DNA of 64,000 nt, taken from contig CM102287.1 in the NCBI GenBank assembly GCA_046563655.1, positions 1,550,001-1,614,000 of the forward strand, given 5' to 3'. The notes under the pieces were generated by a model. The model saw nothing but the letters and a program-made list of their open reading frames with translations. It ran no database searches and was not told the origin of the DNA. Below are positions 50,433 through 63,914 of this stretch, in pieces (the stretch's first letter is position 1; each line of letters begins with the position of its first letter). Made by a program: the position numbers and the translations under genes. The stretch comes from Yuukianura sp. NJ FZ-2021 (Eukaryota).

Positions 50433-51813
50433 TGTGAGAGCACAAAAACAGAGCGTCACTTCACAAAGAGCCCTGGACGGCATACGCCATCTAGTGAGAA
50501 TTTGAGTGAAACCTCTGGAAAGATTTCACTCAAAATTCAAACCAAAACTGTTCCCGCACTTTACCGCCGCAGCACCCAGTACTTTTCCAAGCAAACAGAT
50601 AGACAAAACTTAAAACTAATTATCCAACTAATTAACGCTAATTAACTTAAACTAAAATATCCTACAAATTAACTAAAATCCTAATCTACCTAAATCACTA
50701 AAGTTCCGTTACCTATCAACTACCTAAACTACCTTAATTAATGGTTCAATGTGCATGGACAAGCATGCCTTTTGGCCTAGAAAGTAGACCTTGGCCTGAC
50801 TTTCCACTGCCATGCATGCCTTTTCCAGTATACGTTGAACCAGGGGGAACCGCTGCTGAATTGATGCGTGAAGGACGACCGGGGACTACTACAGGTATTT
50901 GCAGAGGTGGCTGGCTTCCAGCCTGCTGCAAGGTGTTTGGTTGCTCGGGGTGATCCGGAGCGCCACTTAAAGTTTTCACGTTAAAATTCTTTTTCGTCGT
51001 TAAAGTCGTTTTCGTCGTTAAAGTTTTCGCGTTTTCTTTCGCGTTTTCGGTTTTCTGTTCTTTTGTTCACCTTCAGTGACGGGAACTGCGCGTAAATCAA
51101 TTTCTTTTTGTTTCATTCAACGCGCATTAACTTGTAATTGTTTTAAATCCGTTTTCCATTAATTCAAATCAGTTTTAAATCAGTTTTAATCGGTTTTTCT
51201 CAGTTTGATTCAGCTTTTATCGATTTTTCACAATTAATTCAATCAATTAACGCTACGCACGCGTACGCGGGTTTTCTAATTAGGATTGTCTCTGGTATTT
51301 GAACTCTGTTTTGCTCACACATTCAATTGGGTCAAAGGTTATTCGTGTTTACGTTTATTTATCTTCGAATCAGCTGACTTCTGGAATTTCTCAATTTCTT
51401 TCAATCATTTCAAATTCAATTTAAATTAACGAGTCATTAATTGGAGTTAATTGGAGTTTTCGGTCACCTAGCAATTAAGATTGATTAACTGGAGAGCTTT
51501 CTGATTGGTTAACGGTTTCACGAGTCGAGTTGTCATTTCCTTTGTTGGAAGTCAAAAGTCAAAGGTCAGAGGTCGAGGTCATTGGACTGCGAGGAGAGAG
51601 GCCAAATCTACGTGCAAATTCTCAGGTTGTTGACCCTTCTGGAGTGTGAAGTGCCTTCTATCGGCCCTTAAGAAAGAAGAAACCCTTTCTTAAGGTGAAA
51701 CTACTAAGGGCCCGTCAAGTAAACGTAAGGGATAGCGAACGGAAAGGGCGGGTTTCAGATTAGAGCCGGATTTGTAGCCCTTAATTGGCCACTGGAAAAT
51801 TCGTATCCTTACA
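50433..51813 (+). repeat. 3' LTR (1381 bp)
   Basis: TGTGAGAGCAC...TATCCTTACA, followed by TSD ACTT and resumption of the interrupted monomer. Confidence 0.97.
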
Positions 51814-54800
51814 ACTTCTTTGTCACTTTTTTTGCAAAAAAAATTGAATTTTTCCCTAAAAATTGAGTTCTAGGCACTAGGTGATCGGACTAAAATTTTC
51901 GGATTGCAAAATTGTGATCCACCGCAGCCCAGAAGGACTTTGTCACTTTTTTTTGCAAAAAAATTGTATTTTTTCACCAAAAATTGAGTTATAGGCACTT
52001 TATGTGGTTATCGGACTTAAATTTTCGGATTGAAAAATTGTGATCCAACGTAGCCCAGAATGACTTTGTCCCTTTTTTTGCAAAAAAATTGAATTTTTTC
52101 ACCAAAAATTGAGTTCTAGGCACTTTATATGGTTATCGGACTTAAATTTTCGGATTGCAATATTGTGATCCACCATAGCCCAGAATGACTCCTTTGTCAC
52201 TTTTTTTGCGAAAAAATTGAATTTTTTCACCAAAAATTGAGTTATAGGCACTTTATATGGTTATCGGACTTAAATTTTTGGATTGAAAAATTGTGATCCA
52301 ACGTAGCCCAGAATGACTTTGTCCCTTTTTTTTGTAAAAAAATTGAATTTTTTCACCAAAAATTGAGTTCTAGGCACTTTATGTGGTGATCGGACTCAAA
52401 TTTTCGGATTGCAAAATTGTGATCCAACGTAGCCCAGAATGACTTCTTTGTCACTTTTTTTGCGAAAAAATTGAATTTTTTCACCAAAAATTGAGTTCTA
52501 GGCACTTTATATGGTGATCGGACTTAAATTTTCTGATTGCAAAATTGTGATTCAAAGTAGCATAGAATGACTTCTTTGTCACTTTTTTTGCAAAAAATTG
52601 AATTTTTTCACCAAAAATTGAGTTATAGGCACTTTATATGGTTATCGGACTTAAATTTTCGGATTGAAAAATTGTGATCCAACGTAGCCCAGAATGACTT
52701 TGTCCCTTTTTTTGCAAAAAAAATTGAATTTTTTCACCAAAAATTGAGTTCTAGGCACTTTATGTGGTGATCGGACTCAAATTTTCGGATTGCAAAATTG
52801 TGATCCAACGTAGCCCAGAATGACTTCTTTGTCACTTTTTTTGCGAAAAAATTGAATTTTTTTCACCAAAAATTGAGTTCTAGGCACTTTATATGGTGAT
52901 CGGACTTAAATTTTCTGGATTGCAAAATTGTGATTCAAAGTAGCATAGAATGACTTCTTTGTCACTTTTTTTGCAAAAAAATTGAATTTTTTCACCAAAA
53001 ATTGAGTTCTAGGCACTTTATGTGGTGATCGGACACAAATTATCGGATTGCAAAATTGTGATCCAACATAGCCCAGAATGACTTCTTTGTCACTTTTTTT
53101 TGCGAAAAAATTGAATTTTTTGCGAAAAAATTGAATTTTTTGCGAAAAAATTGAATTTTTTCACCAAAAATTGAGTTCCAATCACTTTATGTGGTGATCG
53201 GGCTTAAATTTTCTGATTGCAATATTGTGATCCACCATAGCCCAGAATGACTCCTTTCTCACTTTTTTTGCGAAAAAATTGAATTTTTTCACCAAAAATT
53301 GAGTTATAGGCACTTTATATGGTGATCGGACTTAAATTTTCGGATTGAGAAATTGTGATCCAACGTAGCCCAGAATGACTTTGTCCCTTTTTTTGGAAAA
53401 AAATTGAATTTTTTGCGAAAAAATTGAATTTTTTCACCAAAAATTGAGTTATAGGCACTTTATATGGTGATCGGACTTAAATTTTTGGATTGAAAAATTG
53501 TGATCCAACGTAGCCCAGAATGACTTTGTCCCTTTTTTTGTAAAAAAATTGAATTTTTTCACCAAAAATTGAGTTCTAGGCACTTTATGTGGTGATCGGA
53601 CTCAAATTTTCGGATTGCAAAATTGTGATCCAACGTAGCCCAGAATGACTTCTTTGTCACTTTTTTTGCGAAAAAAATTGAATTTTTTCACCAAAAATTG
53701 AGTTCTAGGCACTTTATATGGTGATCGGACTTAAATTTTCGGATTGCAAAATTGTGATTCAAAGTAGCATAGAATGACTTCTTTGTCACTTTTTTTGCAA
53801 AAAATTGAATTTTTTCAGCAAAAATTGAGTTATAGGCACTTTATATGGTTATCGGACTTAAATTTTCGGATTGAAAAATTGTGATCCAACGTAGCCCAGA
53901 AGGACTTTGTCCCTTTTTTTTGCAAAAAAATTGAATTTTTTCACCAAAAATTGAGTTCTAGGCACTTTATGTGGTGATCGGACTCAAATTTTCGGATTGC
54001 AAAATTGTGATCCAACGTAGCCCAGAATGACTTCTTTGTCACTTTTTTTGCGAAAAAATTGAATTTTTTCACCAAAAATTGAGTTCTAGGCACTTTATAT
54101 GGTGATCGGACTTAAATTTTCTGATTGCAAAATTGTGATTCAAAGTAGCATAGAATGACTTCTTTGTCACTTTTTTTGCAAAAAAATTGAATTTTTTCAC
54201 CAAAAATTGAGTTATAGGCACTTTATATGGTGATCGGACTTAAATTTTTGGATTGAAAAATTGTGATCCAACGTAGCCCAGAATGACTTTGTCCCTTTTT
54301 TTGTAAAAAAAATTGAATTTTTTCACCAAAAATTGAGTTCTAGGCACTTTATATGGTGATCGGACTTAAATTTTCTGATTGCAAAATTGTGATTCAAAGT
54401 AGCATAGAATGACTTCTTTGTCACTTTTTTTGCAAAAAATTGAATTTTTTCACCAAAAATTGAGTTATAGGCACTTTATATGGTGATCGGACTTAAATTT
54501 TTGGATTGAAAAATTGTGATCCAACGTAGCCCAGAATGACTTTGTCCCTTTTTTGTAAAAAAAATTGAATTTTTTCACCAAAAATTGAGTTCTAGGCACT
54601 TTATGTGGTGATCGGACTCAAATTTTCGGATTGCAAAATTGTGATCCAACGTAGCCCAGAATGACTTCTTTGTCACTTTTTTTGCGAAAAAATTGAATTT
54701 TTTCACCAAAAATTGAGTTCTAGGCACTTTATATGGTGATCGGACTTAAATTTTCTGATTGCAAAATTGTGATTCAAAGTAGCATAGAATGACTTCTTTG

Positions 54801-57800
54801 TCACTTTTTTTGCAAAAAATTGAATTTTTTCAGCAAAAATTGAGTTATAGGCACTTTATATGGTTATCGGACTTAAATTTTCGGATTGAAAAATTGTGAT
54901 CCAACGTAGCCCAGAATGACTTTGTCCCTTTTTTTTGTAAAAAAATTGAATTTTTTCACCAAAAATTGAGTTCTAGGCACTTTATGTGGTGATCGGACTC
55001 AAATTTTCGGATTGCAAAATTGTGATCCAACGTAGCCCAGAATGACTTCTTTGTCACTTTTTTGCGAAAAAATTGAATTTTTTCACCAAAAATTGAGTTC
55101 TAGGCACTTTATATGGTGATCGGACTTAAATTTTCTGATTGCAAAATTGTGATTCAAAGTAGCATAGAATGACTTCTTTGTCACTTTTTTTGCAAAAAAA
55201 TTGAATTTTTTCACCAAAAATTGAGTTATAGGCACTTTATATGGTTATCGGACTTAAATTTTCGGATTGAAAAATTGTGATCCAACGTAGCCCAGAATGA
55301 CTTTGTCCCTTTTTTTGCAAAAAAAATTGAATTTTTTCACCAAAAATTGAGTTCTAGGCACTTTATGTGGTGATCGGACTCAAATTTTCGGATTGCAAAA
55401 TTGTGATCCAACGTAGCCCAGAATGACTTCTTTGTCACTTTTTTTGCGAAAAAATTGAATTTTTTCACCAAAAATTGAGTTCTAGGCACTTTATATGGTG
55501 ATCGGACTTAAATTTTCTGATTGCAAAATTGTGATTCAAAGTAGCATAGAATGACTTCTTTGTCACTTTTTTTGCAAAAAAATTGAATTTTTTCACCAAA
55601 AATTGAGTTCTAGGCACTTTATGTGGTGATCGGACACAAATTATCGGATTGCAAAAATTGTGATCCAACATAGCCCAGAATGACTTCTTTGTCACTTTTT
55701 TTGCGAAAAATTGAATTTTTTGCGAAAAAATTGAATTTTTTCACCAAAAATTGAGTTCCAATCACTTTATGTGGTGATCGGGCTTAAATTTTCTGATTGC
55801 AATATTGTGATCCACCATAGCCCAGAATGACTCCTTTCTCACTTTTTTTGCGAAAAAATTGAATTTTTTCACCAAAAATTGAGTTATAGGCACTTTATAT
55901 GGTGATCGGACTTAAATTTTCGGATTGAGAAATTGTGATCCAACGTAGCCCAGAATGACTTTGTCCCTTTTTTTGAAAAAATTGAATTTTTTGCGAAAAA
56001 ATTGAATTTTTTCACCAAAAATTGAGTTATAGGCACTTTATATGGTGATCGGACTTAAATTTTTGGATTGAAAAATTGTGATCCAACGTAGCCCAGAATG
56101 ACTTTGTCCCTTTTTTTGTAAAAAATTGAATTTTTTCACCAAAAATTGAGTTCTAGGCACTTTATGTGGTGATCGGACTCAAATTTTCGGATTGCAAAAA
56201 TTGTGATCCAACGTAGCCCAGAATGACTTCTTTGTCACTTTTTTTGCGAAAAAATTGAATTTTTTCACCAAAAATTGAGTTCTAGGCACTTTATATGGTG
56301 ATCGGACTTAAATTTTCTGATTGCAAAATTGTGATTCAAAGTAGCATAGAATGACTTCTTTGTCACTTTTTTTGCAAAAAAATTGAATTTTTTCAGCCAA
56401 AAATTGAGTTATAGGCACTTTATATGGTTATCGGACTTAAATTTTCGGATTGAAAAATTGTGATCCAACGTAGCCCAGAATGACTTTGTCCCTTTTTTTG
56501 CAAAAAAATTGAATTTTTTCACCAAAAATTGAGTTCTAGGCACTTTATGTGGTGATCGGACTCAAATTTTCGGATTGCAAAATTGTGATCCAACGTAGCC
56601 CAGAATGACTTCTTTGTCACTTTTTTTGCGAAAAAATTGAATTTTTTGCGAAAAAATTGAATTTTTTTCACCAAAAATTGAGTTATAGCCACTTTATATG
56701 GTTATCGGACTTAAATTTTCGGATTGAAAAATTGTGATCCAACGTAGCCCAGAATGACTTTGTCCCTTTTTTTGCAAAAAAATTGAATTTTTTCACCAAA
56801 AATTGAGTTCTAGGCACTTTATATGGTGATCGGACTCAAATTTTCGGATTGCAAAATTGTGATCCAACGTAGCCCAGAATGACTTTGTCCCTTTTTTTGT
56901 AAAAAAAATTGAATTTTTTCACCAAAAATTGAGTTCTAGGCACTTTATGTGGTGATCGGACTCAAATTTTCGGATTGCAAAATTGTGATCCAACGTAGCC
57001 CAGAATGACTTCTTTGTCACTTTTTTTGCGAAAAAATTGAATTTTTTCACCAAAAATTGAGTTCTAGGCACTTTATATGGTGATCGGACTTAAATTTTCT
57101 GATTGCAAAATTGTGATTCAAAGTAGCATAGAATGACTTCTTTGTCACTTTTTTTGCAAAAAAATTGAATTTTTTCAGCAAAAATTGAGTTATAGGCACT
57201 TTATATGGTTATCGGACTTAAATTTTCGGATTGAAAAATTGTGATCCAACGTAGCCCAGAATGACTTTGTCCCTTTTTTTGCAAAAAAAATTGAATTTTT
57301 TCACCAAAAATTGAGTTCTAGGCACTTTATGTGGTGATCGGACTCAAATTTTCGGATTGCAAAATTGTGATCCAACGTAGCCCAGAATGACTTCTTTGTC
57401 ACTTTTTTTGCGAAAAAATTGAATTTTTGCGAAAAAATTGAATTTTTTCACCAAAAATTGAGTTATAGCCACTTTATATGGTTATCGGACTTAAATTTTC
57501 GGATTGAAAAATTGTGATCCAACGTAGCCCAGAATGACTTTGTCCCTTTTTTTGCAAAAAAATTGAATTTTTTCACCAAAAATTGAGTTCTAGGCACTTT
57601 ATGTGGTGATCGGACTCAAATTTTCGGATTGCAAAATTGTGATCCAACGTAGCCCAGAATGACTCCTTTCTCACTTTTTTTGCGAAAAAATTGAATTTTT
57701 TCACCAAAAATTGAGTTATAGGCACTTTATATGGTGATCGGACTTAAATTTTCGGATTGAGAAATTGTGATCCAACGTAGCCCAGAATGACTTTGTCCCT

Positions 57801-60431
57801 TTTTTTGGAAAAAAATTGAATTTTTTGCGAAAAAATTGAATTTTTTCACCAAAAATTGAGTTATAGGCACTTTATATGGTGATCGGACTTAAATTTTTGG
57901 ATTGAAAAATTGTGATCCAACGTAGCCCAGAATGACTTTGTCCCTTTTTTTGTAAAAAAATTGAATTTTTTCACCAAAAATTGAGTTCTAGGCACTTTAT
58001 GTGGTGATCGGACTCAAATTTTCGGATTGCAAAATTGTGATCCAACGTAGCCCAGAATGACTTCTTTGTCACTTTTTTTGCGAAAAAATTGAATTTTTTT
58101 CACCAAAAATTGAGTTCTAGGCACTTTATATGGTGATCGGACTTAAATTTTCTGATTGCAAAATTGTGATTCAAAGTAGCATAGAATGACTTCTTTGTCA
58201 CTTTTTTTGCAAAAAAATTGAATTTTTTCAGCAAAAATTGAGTTATAGGCACTTTATATGGTTATCGGACTTAAATTTTCGGATTGAAAAATTGTGATCC
58301 AACGTAGCCCAGAATGACTTTGTCCCTTTTTTTTGTAAAAAAATTGAATTTTTTCACCAAAAATTGAGTTCTAGGCACTTTATGTGGTGATCGGACTCAA
58401 ATTTTCGGATTGCAAAATTGTGATCCAACGTAGCCCAGAATGACTTCTTTGTCACTTTTTTTGCGAAAAAATTGAATTTTTTTCACCAAAAATTGAGTTC
58501 TAGGCACTTTATATGGTGATCGGACTTAAATTTTCTGATTGCAAAATTGTGATTCAAAGTAGCATAGAATGACTTCTTTGTCACTTTTTTGTTGAAAAAA
58601 ATTGAATTTTTTCACCAAAAATTGAGTTATAGGCACTTTATATGGTTATCGGACTTAAATTTTCGGATTGAAAAATTGTGATCCAACGTAGCCCAGAATG
58701 ACTTTGTCCCTTTTTTTGCAAAAAAATTGAATTTTTTCACCAAAAATTGAGTTCTAGGCACTTTATGTGGTGATCGGACTCAAATTTTCGGATTGCAAAA
58801 TTGTGATCCAACGTAGCCCAGAATGACTTCTTTGTCACTTTTTTTGCGAAAAAATTGAATTTTTTCACCAAAAATTGAGTTCTAGGCACTTTATATGGTG
58901 ATCGGACTTAAATTTTCTGATTGCAAAATTGTGATTCCAAAGTAGCATAGAATGACTTCTTTGTCACTTTTTTTGCAAAAAAATTGAATTTTTTCACCAA
59001 AAATTGAGTTCTAGGCACTTTATGTGGTGATCGGACACAAATTATCGGATTGCAAAATTGTGATCCAACATAGCCCAGAATGACTTCTTTGTCACTTTTT
59101 TTGCGAAAAAATTGAATTTTTTGCGAAAAAATTGAATTTTTCACCAAAAATTGAGTTCCAATCACTTTATGTGGTGATCGGGCTTAAATTTTCTGATTGC
59201 AATATTGTGATCCACCATAGCCCAGAATGACTCCTTTCTCACTTTTTTTTGCGAAAAAATTGAATTTTTTCACCAAAAATTGAGTTATAGGCACTTTATA
59301 TGGTGATCGGACTTAAATTTTCGGATTGAGAAATTGTGATCCAACGTAGCCCAGAATGACTTTGTCCCTTTTTTTGGAAAAAATTGAATTTTTTTGCGAA
59401 AAAATTGAATTTTTTCACCAAAAATTGAGTTATAGGCACTTTATATGGTGATCGGACTTAAATTTTTGGATTGAAAAATTGTGATCCAACGTAGCCCAGA
59501 ATGACTTTGTCCCTTTTTTTGTAAAAAAAATTGAATTTTTTCACCAAAAATTGAGTTCTAGGCACTTTATGTGGTGATCGGACTCAAATTTTCGGATTGC
59601 AAAATTGTGATCCAACGTAGCCCAGAATGACTTCTTTGTCACTTTTTTTGCGAAAAAATTGAATTTTTTCACCAAAAATTGAGTTCTAGGCACTTTATAT
59701 GGTGATCGGACTTAAATTTTCTGATTGCAAAATTGTGATTCAAAGTAGCATAGAATGACTTCTTTGTCACTTTTTTTGCAAAAAAATTGAATTTTTTCAG
59801 CAAAAATTGAGTTATAGGCACTTTATATGGTTATCGGACTTAAATTTTCGGATTGAAAAATTGTGATCCAACGTAGCCCAGAATGACTTTGTCCCTTTTT
59901 TTGCAAAAAAATTGAATTTTTTCACCAAAAATTGAGTTCTAGGCACTTTATGTGGTGATCGGACTCAAATTTTCGGATTGCAAAATTGTGATCCAACGTA
60001 GCCCAGAATGACTTCTTTGTCACTTTTTTTGCGAAAAAATTGAATTTTTTGCGAAAAAATTGAATTTTTTTCACCAAAAATTGAGTTATAGCCACTTTAT
60101 ATGGTTATCGGACTTAAATTTTCGGATTGAAAAATTGTGATCCAACGTAGCCCAGAATGACTTTGTCCCTTTTTTTGCAAAAAAATTGAATTTTTTCACC
60201 AAAAATTGAGTTCTAGGCACTTTATGTGGTGATCGGACTCAAATTTTCGGATTGCAAAATTGTGATCCAACGTAGCCCAGAATGACTCCTTTGTCACTTT
60301 TTTTGCGAAAAAATTGAATTTTTTGCGAAAAAATTCAATTTTTTCACCAAAAATTCAGTTCTAGGCACTTTATGTGGTGATCGGACTTAAATTTTCGGAT
60401 TGCAAAATTGTGATCCAACATAGCCCAGAAT

Positions 60432-60714
60432 CAAGGTAAATAGAATACTTATAGGTACGGTCGTTGAAAATTGTTTGTTCAAAACTGAGTTGCTATGGGA
60501 TTTCTTTGACTCCGAGTTCACTCATTTACAGTGTTGTTCAAAATTTTCAGCATTTTAGTCTCAATACTTTCGCCGCAAACTTAAAAATAGCTTAAAAACT
60601 CGGATGAACCTGTATTTTCACTCGGAGTGACGTCACTGTGAGTGAAATTGTAAACAGGTAATAAAGATAATAAAGAATCGGTTTTGGTCGCTAAGGCATT
60701 TTTGCCGCCCCCTG
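60432..60714. mobile_element. MITE-like insert, copy 5
   Basis: Near-identical to copy 4, with GCCCAGAAT flanks. Confidence 0.75.
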
Positions 60715-63700
60715 GCCCAGAATGACTTCTTTGTCACTTTTTTGCGAAAATATTCAATTTTTTGCGAAAAAATTGAATTTTTTCACCAAAAATTGAGTTC
60801 TAGGCACTTTATGTGGTAATCGGACTTAAATTTTCGGATTGCAATATTGTGATCCACCATAGCCCAGAATGACTCCTTTGTCACTTTTTTTGCGAAAAAA
60901 TTGAATTTTTTCACCAAAAATTGAGTTCTAGGCACTTTATATGGTGATCGGACTTAAATTTTCGGATTGCAAAATTGTGATTCAAAGTAGCCCAGAATGA
61001 CTTCTTTGTCACTTTTTTTGCAAAAAAAAAATTGAATTTTTCCCTAAAAATTGAGTTCTAGGCACTTTAGGTGATCGGACTAAAATTTTCGGATTGCAAA
61101 ATTGTGATCCACCGCAGCCCAGAAGGACTTTTGTCACTTTTTTTTTGCAAAAAAATTGTATTTTTTCACCAAAAATTGAGTTATAGGCACTTTATGTGGT
61201 TATCGGACTTAAATTTTCGGATTGAAAAATTGTGATCCAACGTAGCCCAGAATGACTTTGTCCCTTTTTTTGCAAAAAAATTGAATTTTTTCACCAAAAA
61301 TTGAGTTCTAGGCACTTTATATGGTTATCGGACTTAAATTTTCGGATTGAAAAATTGTGATCCAACGTAGCCCAGAATGACTTTGTCCCTTTTTTTGCAA
61401 AAAAATTGGATTTTTTCACCAAAAATTGAGTTCTAGGCACTTTATGTTGTGATCGGACTCAAATTTTCGGATTGCAAAATTGTGATCCAACATAGCCCAG
61501 AATGACTTTGTCCCTTTTTTTTGCAAAAAAATTGAATTTTTTCACCAAAAATTGAGTTCTAGGCACTTTATATGGTTATCGGACTTAAATTTTCGGATTG
61601 AAAAATTGTGATCCAACGTAGCCCAGAATGACTTTGTCCCTTTTTTTGCAAAAAAAATTGAATTTTTTCACCAAAAATTGATTTCTAGGCACTTTATGTG
61701 GTGATCGGACTCAAATTTTCGGATTGCAAAATTGTGATTCAAAGTAGCCCAGAATGACTTCTTTGTCACTTTTTTTGCGAAAAAATTGAATTTTTTGCGA
61801 AAAAATTGAATTTTTTCACCAAAAATTGAGTTCTAGGCACTTTATGTGGTGATCGGACTTAAATTTTCGGATTGAAAAATTGTGATCCAACGTAGCCCAG
61901 AATGACTTTGTCCCTTTTTTTGCAAAAAAAATTGAATTTTTTCACCAAAAATTGATTTCTAGGCACTTTATGTGGTGATCGGACTCAAATTTTCGGATTG
62001 CAAAATTGTGATTCCAAAGTAGCCCAGAATGACTTCTTTGTCACTTTTTTTGCGAAAAAATTGAATTTTTGCGAAAAAATTGAATTTTTTTCACCAAAAA
62101 TTGAGTTCTAGGCACTTTATATGGTGATCGGACTTAAATTTTCTGATTGCAAAATTGTGATCCAACGTAGCCCAGAATGACTTCTTTGTCACTTTTTTTG
62201 CAAAAAAAAATTGAATTTTTCTCTAAAAATTGAGTTCTAGGCACTTTATGTGGTGATCGGACTCAAATTTTCGGATTGCAAAATTGTGATCCAACATAGC
62301 CCAGAATGACTCCTTTGTCACTTTTTTTGCGAAAAAATTGAATTTTTTCACCAAAAATTGAGTTCTATGCACTTTATATGGTGATCGGACTTAAATTTAC
62401 GCATTGCAAAATTGTGATTCAAAGTAGCCCAGAATGACTTCCTTGTCCCTTTTTTTGCAAAAAAATTGAATTTTTTCACCAAAAATTAAGTTCTAGGCAC
62501 TTTATGTGGTGATCGGACTCAAATTTTCGGATTGCAAAATTGTGATCCAACATAGCCCAGAATGACTTCTTTGTCACTTTTTTTGCGAAAAAATTGAATT
62601 TTTTGAGAAAAAATTGAATTTTTTCACCAAAAATTGAGTTCTAGGCACTTTATGTGGTGATCGGACTTAAATTTTCGTATTGCAATATTGTGATCCACCA
62701 TAGCCCAGAATGACTCCTTTGTCACTTTTTTTGCGAAAAAATTGAATTTTTTCACCAAAAATTGAGTTATAGGCCCTTTATATGGTTATCGGACTTAAAT
62801 TTTTGGATTGAAAATTGTGATCCAACGTAGCCCAGAATGACTTTGTCCCTTTTTTTGCAAAAAAATTGAATTTTTTCACCAAAAATTGAGTTCTAGGCAC
62901 TTTATGTGGTGATCGGACTCAAATTTTCGGATTGCAAAATTGTGATCCAACGTAGCCCAGAATGACTTCTTTGTCACTTTTTTTGCGAAAAAATTGAATT
63001 TTTTGCGAAAAAAAATTGAATTTTTTCACCAAAAATTGAGTTCTAGGCACTTTATATGGTGATCGGACTTAAATTTTCTGATTGCAAAATTGTGATTCAA
63101 AGTAGCCCAGAATGGCTTCTTTGTCACTTTTTTTGCAAAAAAATTGAATTTTTTCACCAAAAATTGAGTTATAGGCACTATATATGGTTATCGGACCTAA
63201 ATTTTCGGATTGAAAAATTGTGATTCAACGTAGCCCAGAATGACTTTGTCCCTTTTTTTGCAAAAAAATTGAATTTTTTCACCAAAAATTGAGTTCTAGG
63301 CACTTTATGTGGTGATCGGACTCGAATTTTCGGATTGCAAAATTGTGATCCAACATAGCCCAGAATGACTTCTTTGTCACTTTTTTTGCGAAAAAATTGA
63401 ATTTTTTGCGAAAAAATTGAATTTTTCACCAAAAATTGAGTTCTAGGCACTTTATATGGTGATCGGACTTAAATTTTCTGATTGCAATATTGTGATCCAC
63501 CATAGCCCAGAATGACTCCTTTGTCACTTTTTTTGCGAAAAAAATTGAATTTTTTCACCAAAAATTGAGTTATAGCCACTTTATATGGTTATCGGACTTA
63601 AATTTTCGGATTGAAAAATTGTGATCCAACGTAGCCCAGAATGACTTTGTCCCTTTTTTTGCAAAAAAATTGAATTTTTTCACCAAAAATTGAGTTCTAG

Positions 63701-63914
63701 GCACTTTATGTGGTGATCGGACTCAAATTTTCGGATTGCAAAATTGTGATCCAACGTAGCCCAGAATGACTTCTTTGTCACTTTTTTTGCGAAAAAATTG
63801 AATTTTTTGCGAAAAATTGAATTTTTTCACCAAAAATTCAGTTCTAGGCACTTTATGTGGTGATCGGACTTAAATTTTCGGATTGCAAAATTGTGATCCA
63901 ACATAGCCCAGAAT

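Larger units (their letters stand above)
42443..51813 (+). mobile_element. Full-length Ty3/gypsy (Metaviridae) LTR retrotransposon, 9371 bp, with an extra ORF3
   Basis: Two TGT...ACA LTRs; 4-bp TSD ACTT (42439-42442 and 51814-51817); PBS; PPT; gag with CCHC; pol in PR-RT-RH-IN order. Confidence 0.98.

Noticed and set aside
4657..63450. Recurrent minus-strand ORFs (MPRTQFLVKK...) in the satellite
   Set aside because: These are translations of the tandem repeat. They have non-ATG starts, and their frames depend on homopolymer length.
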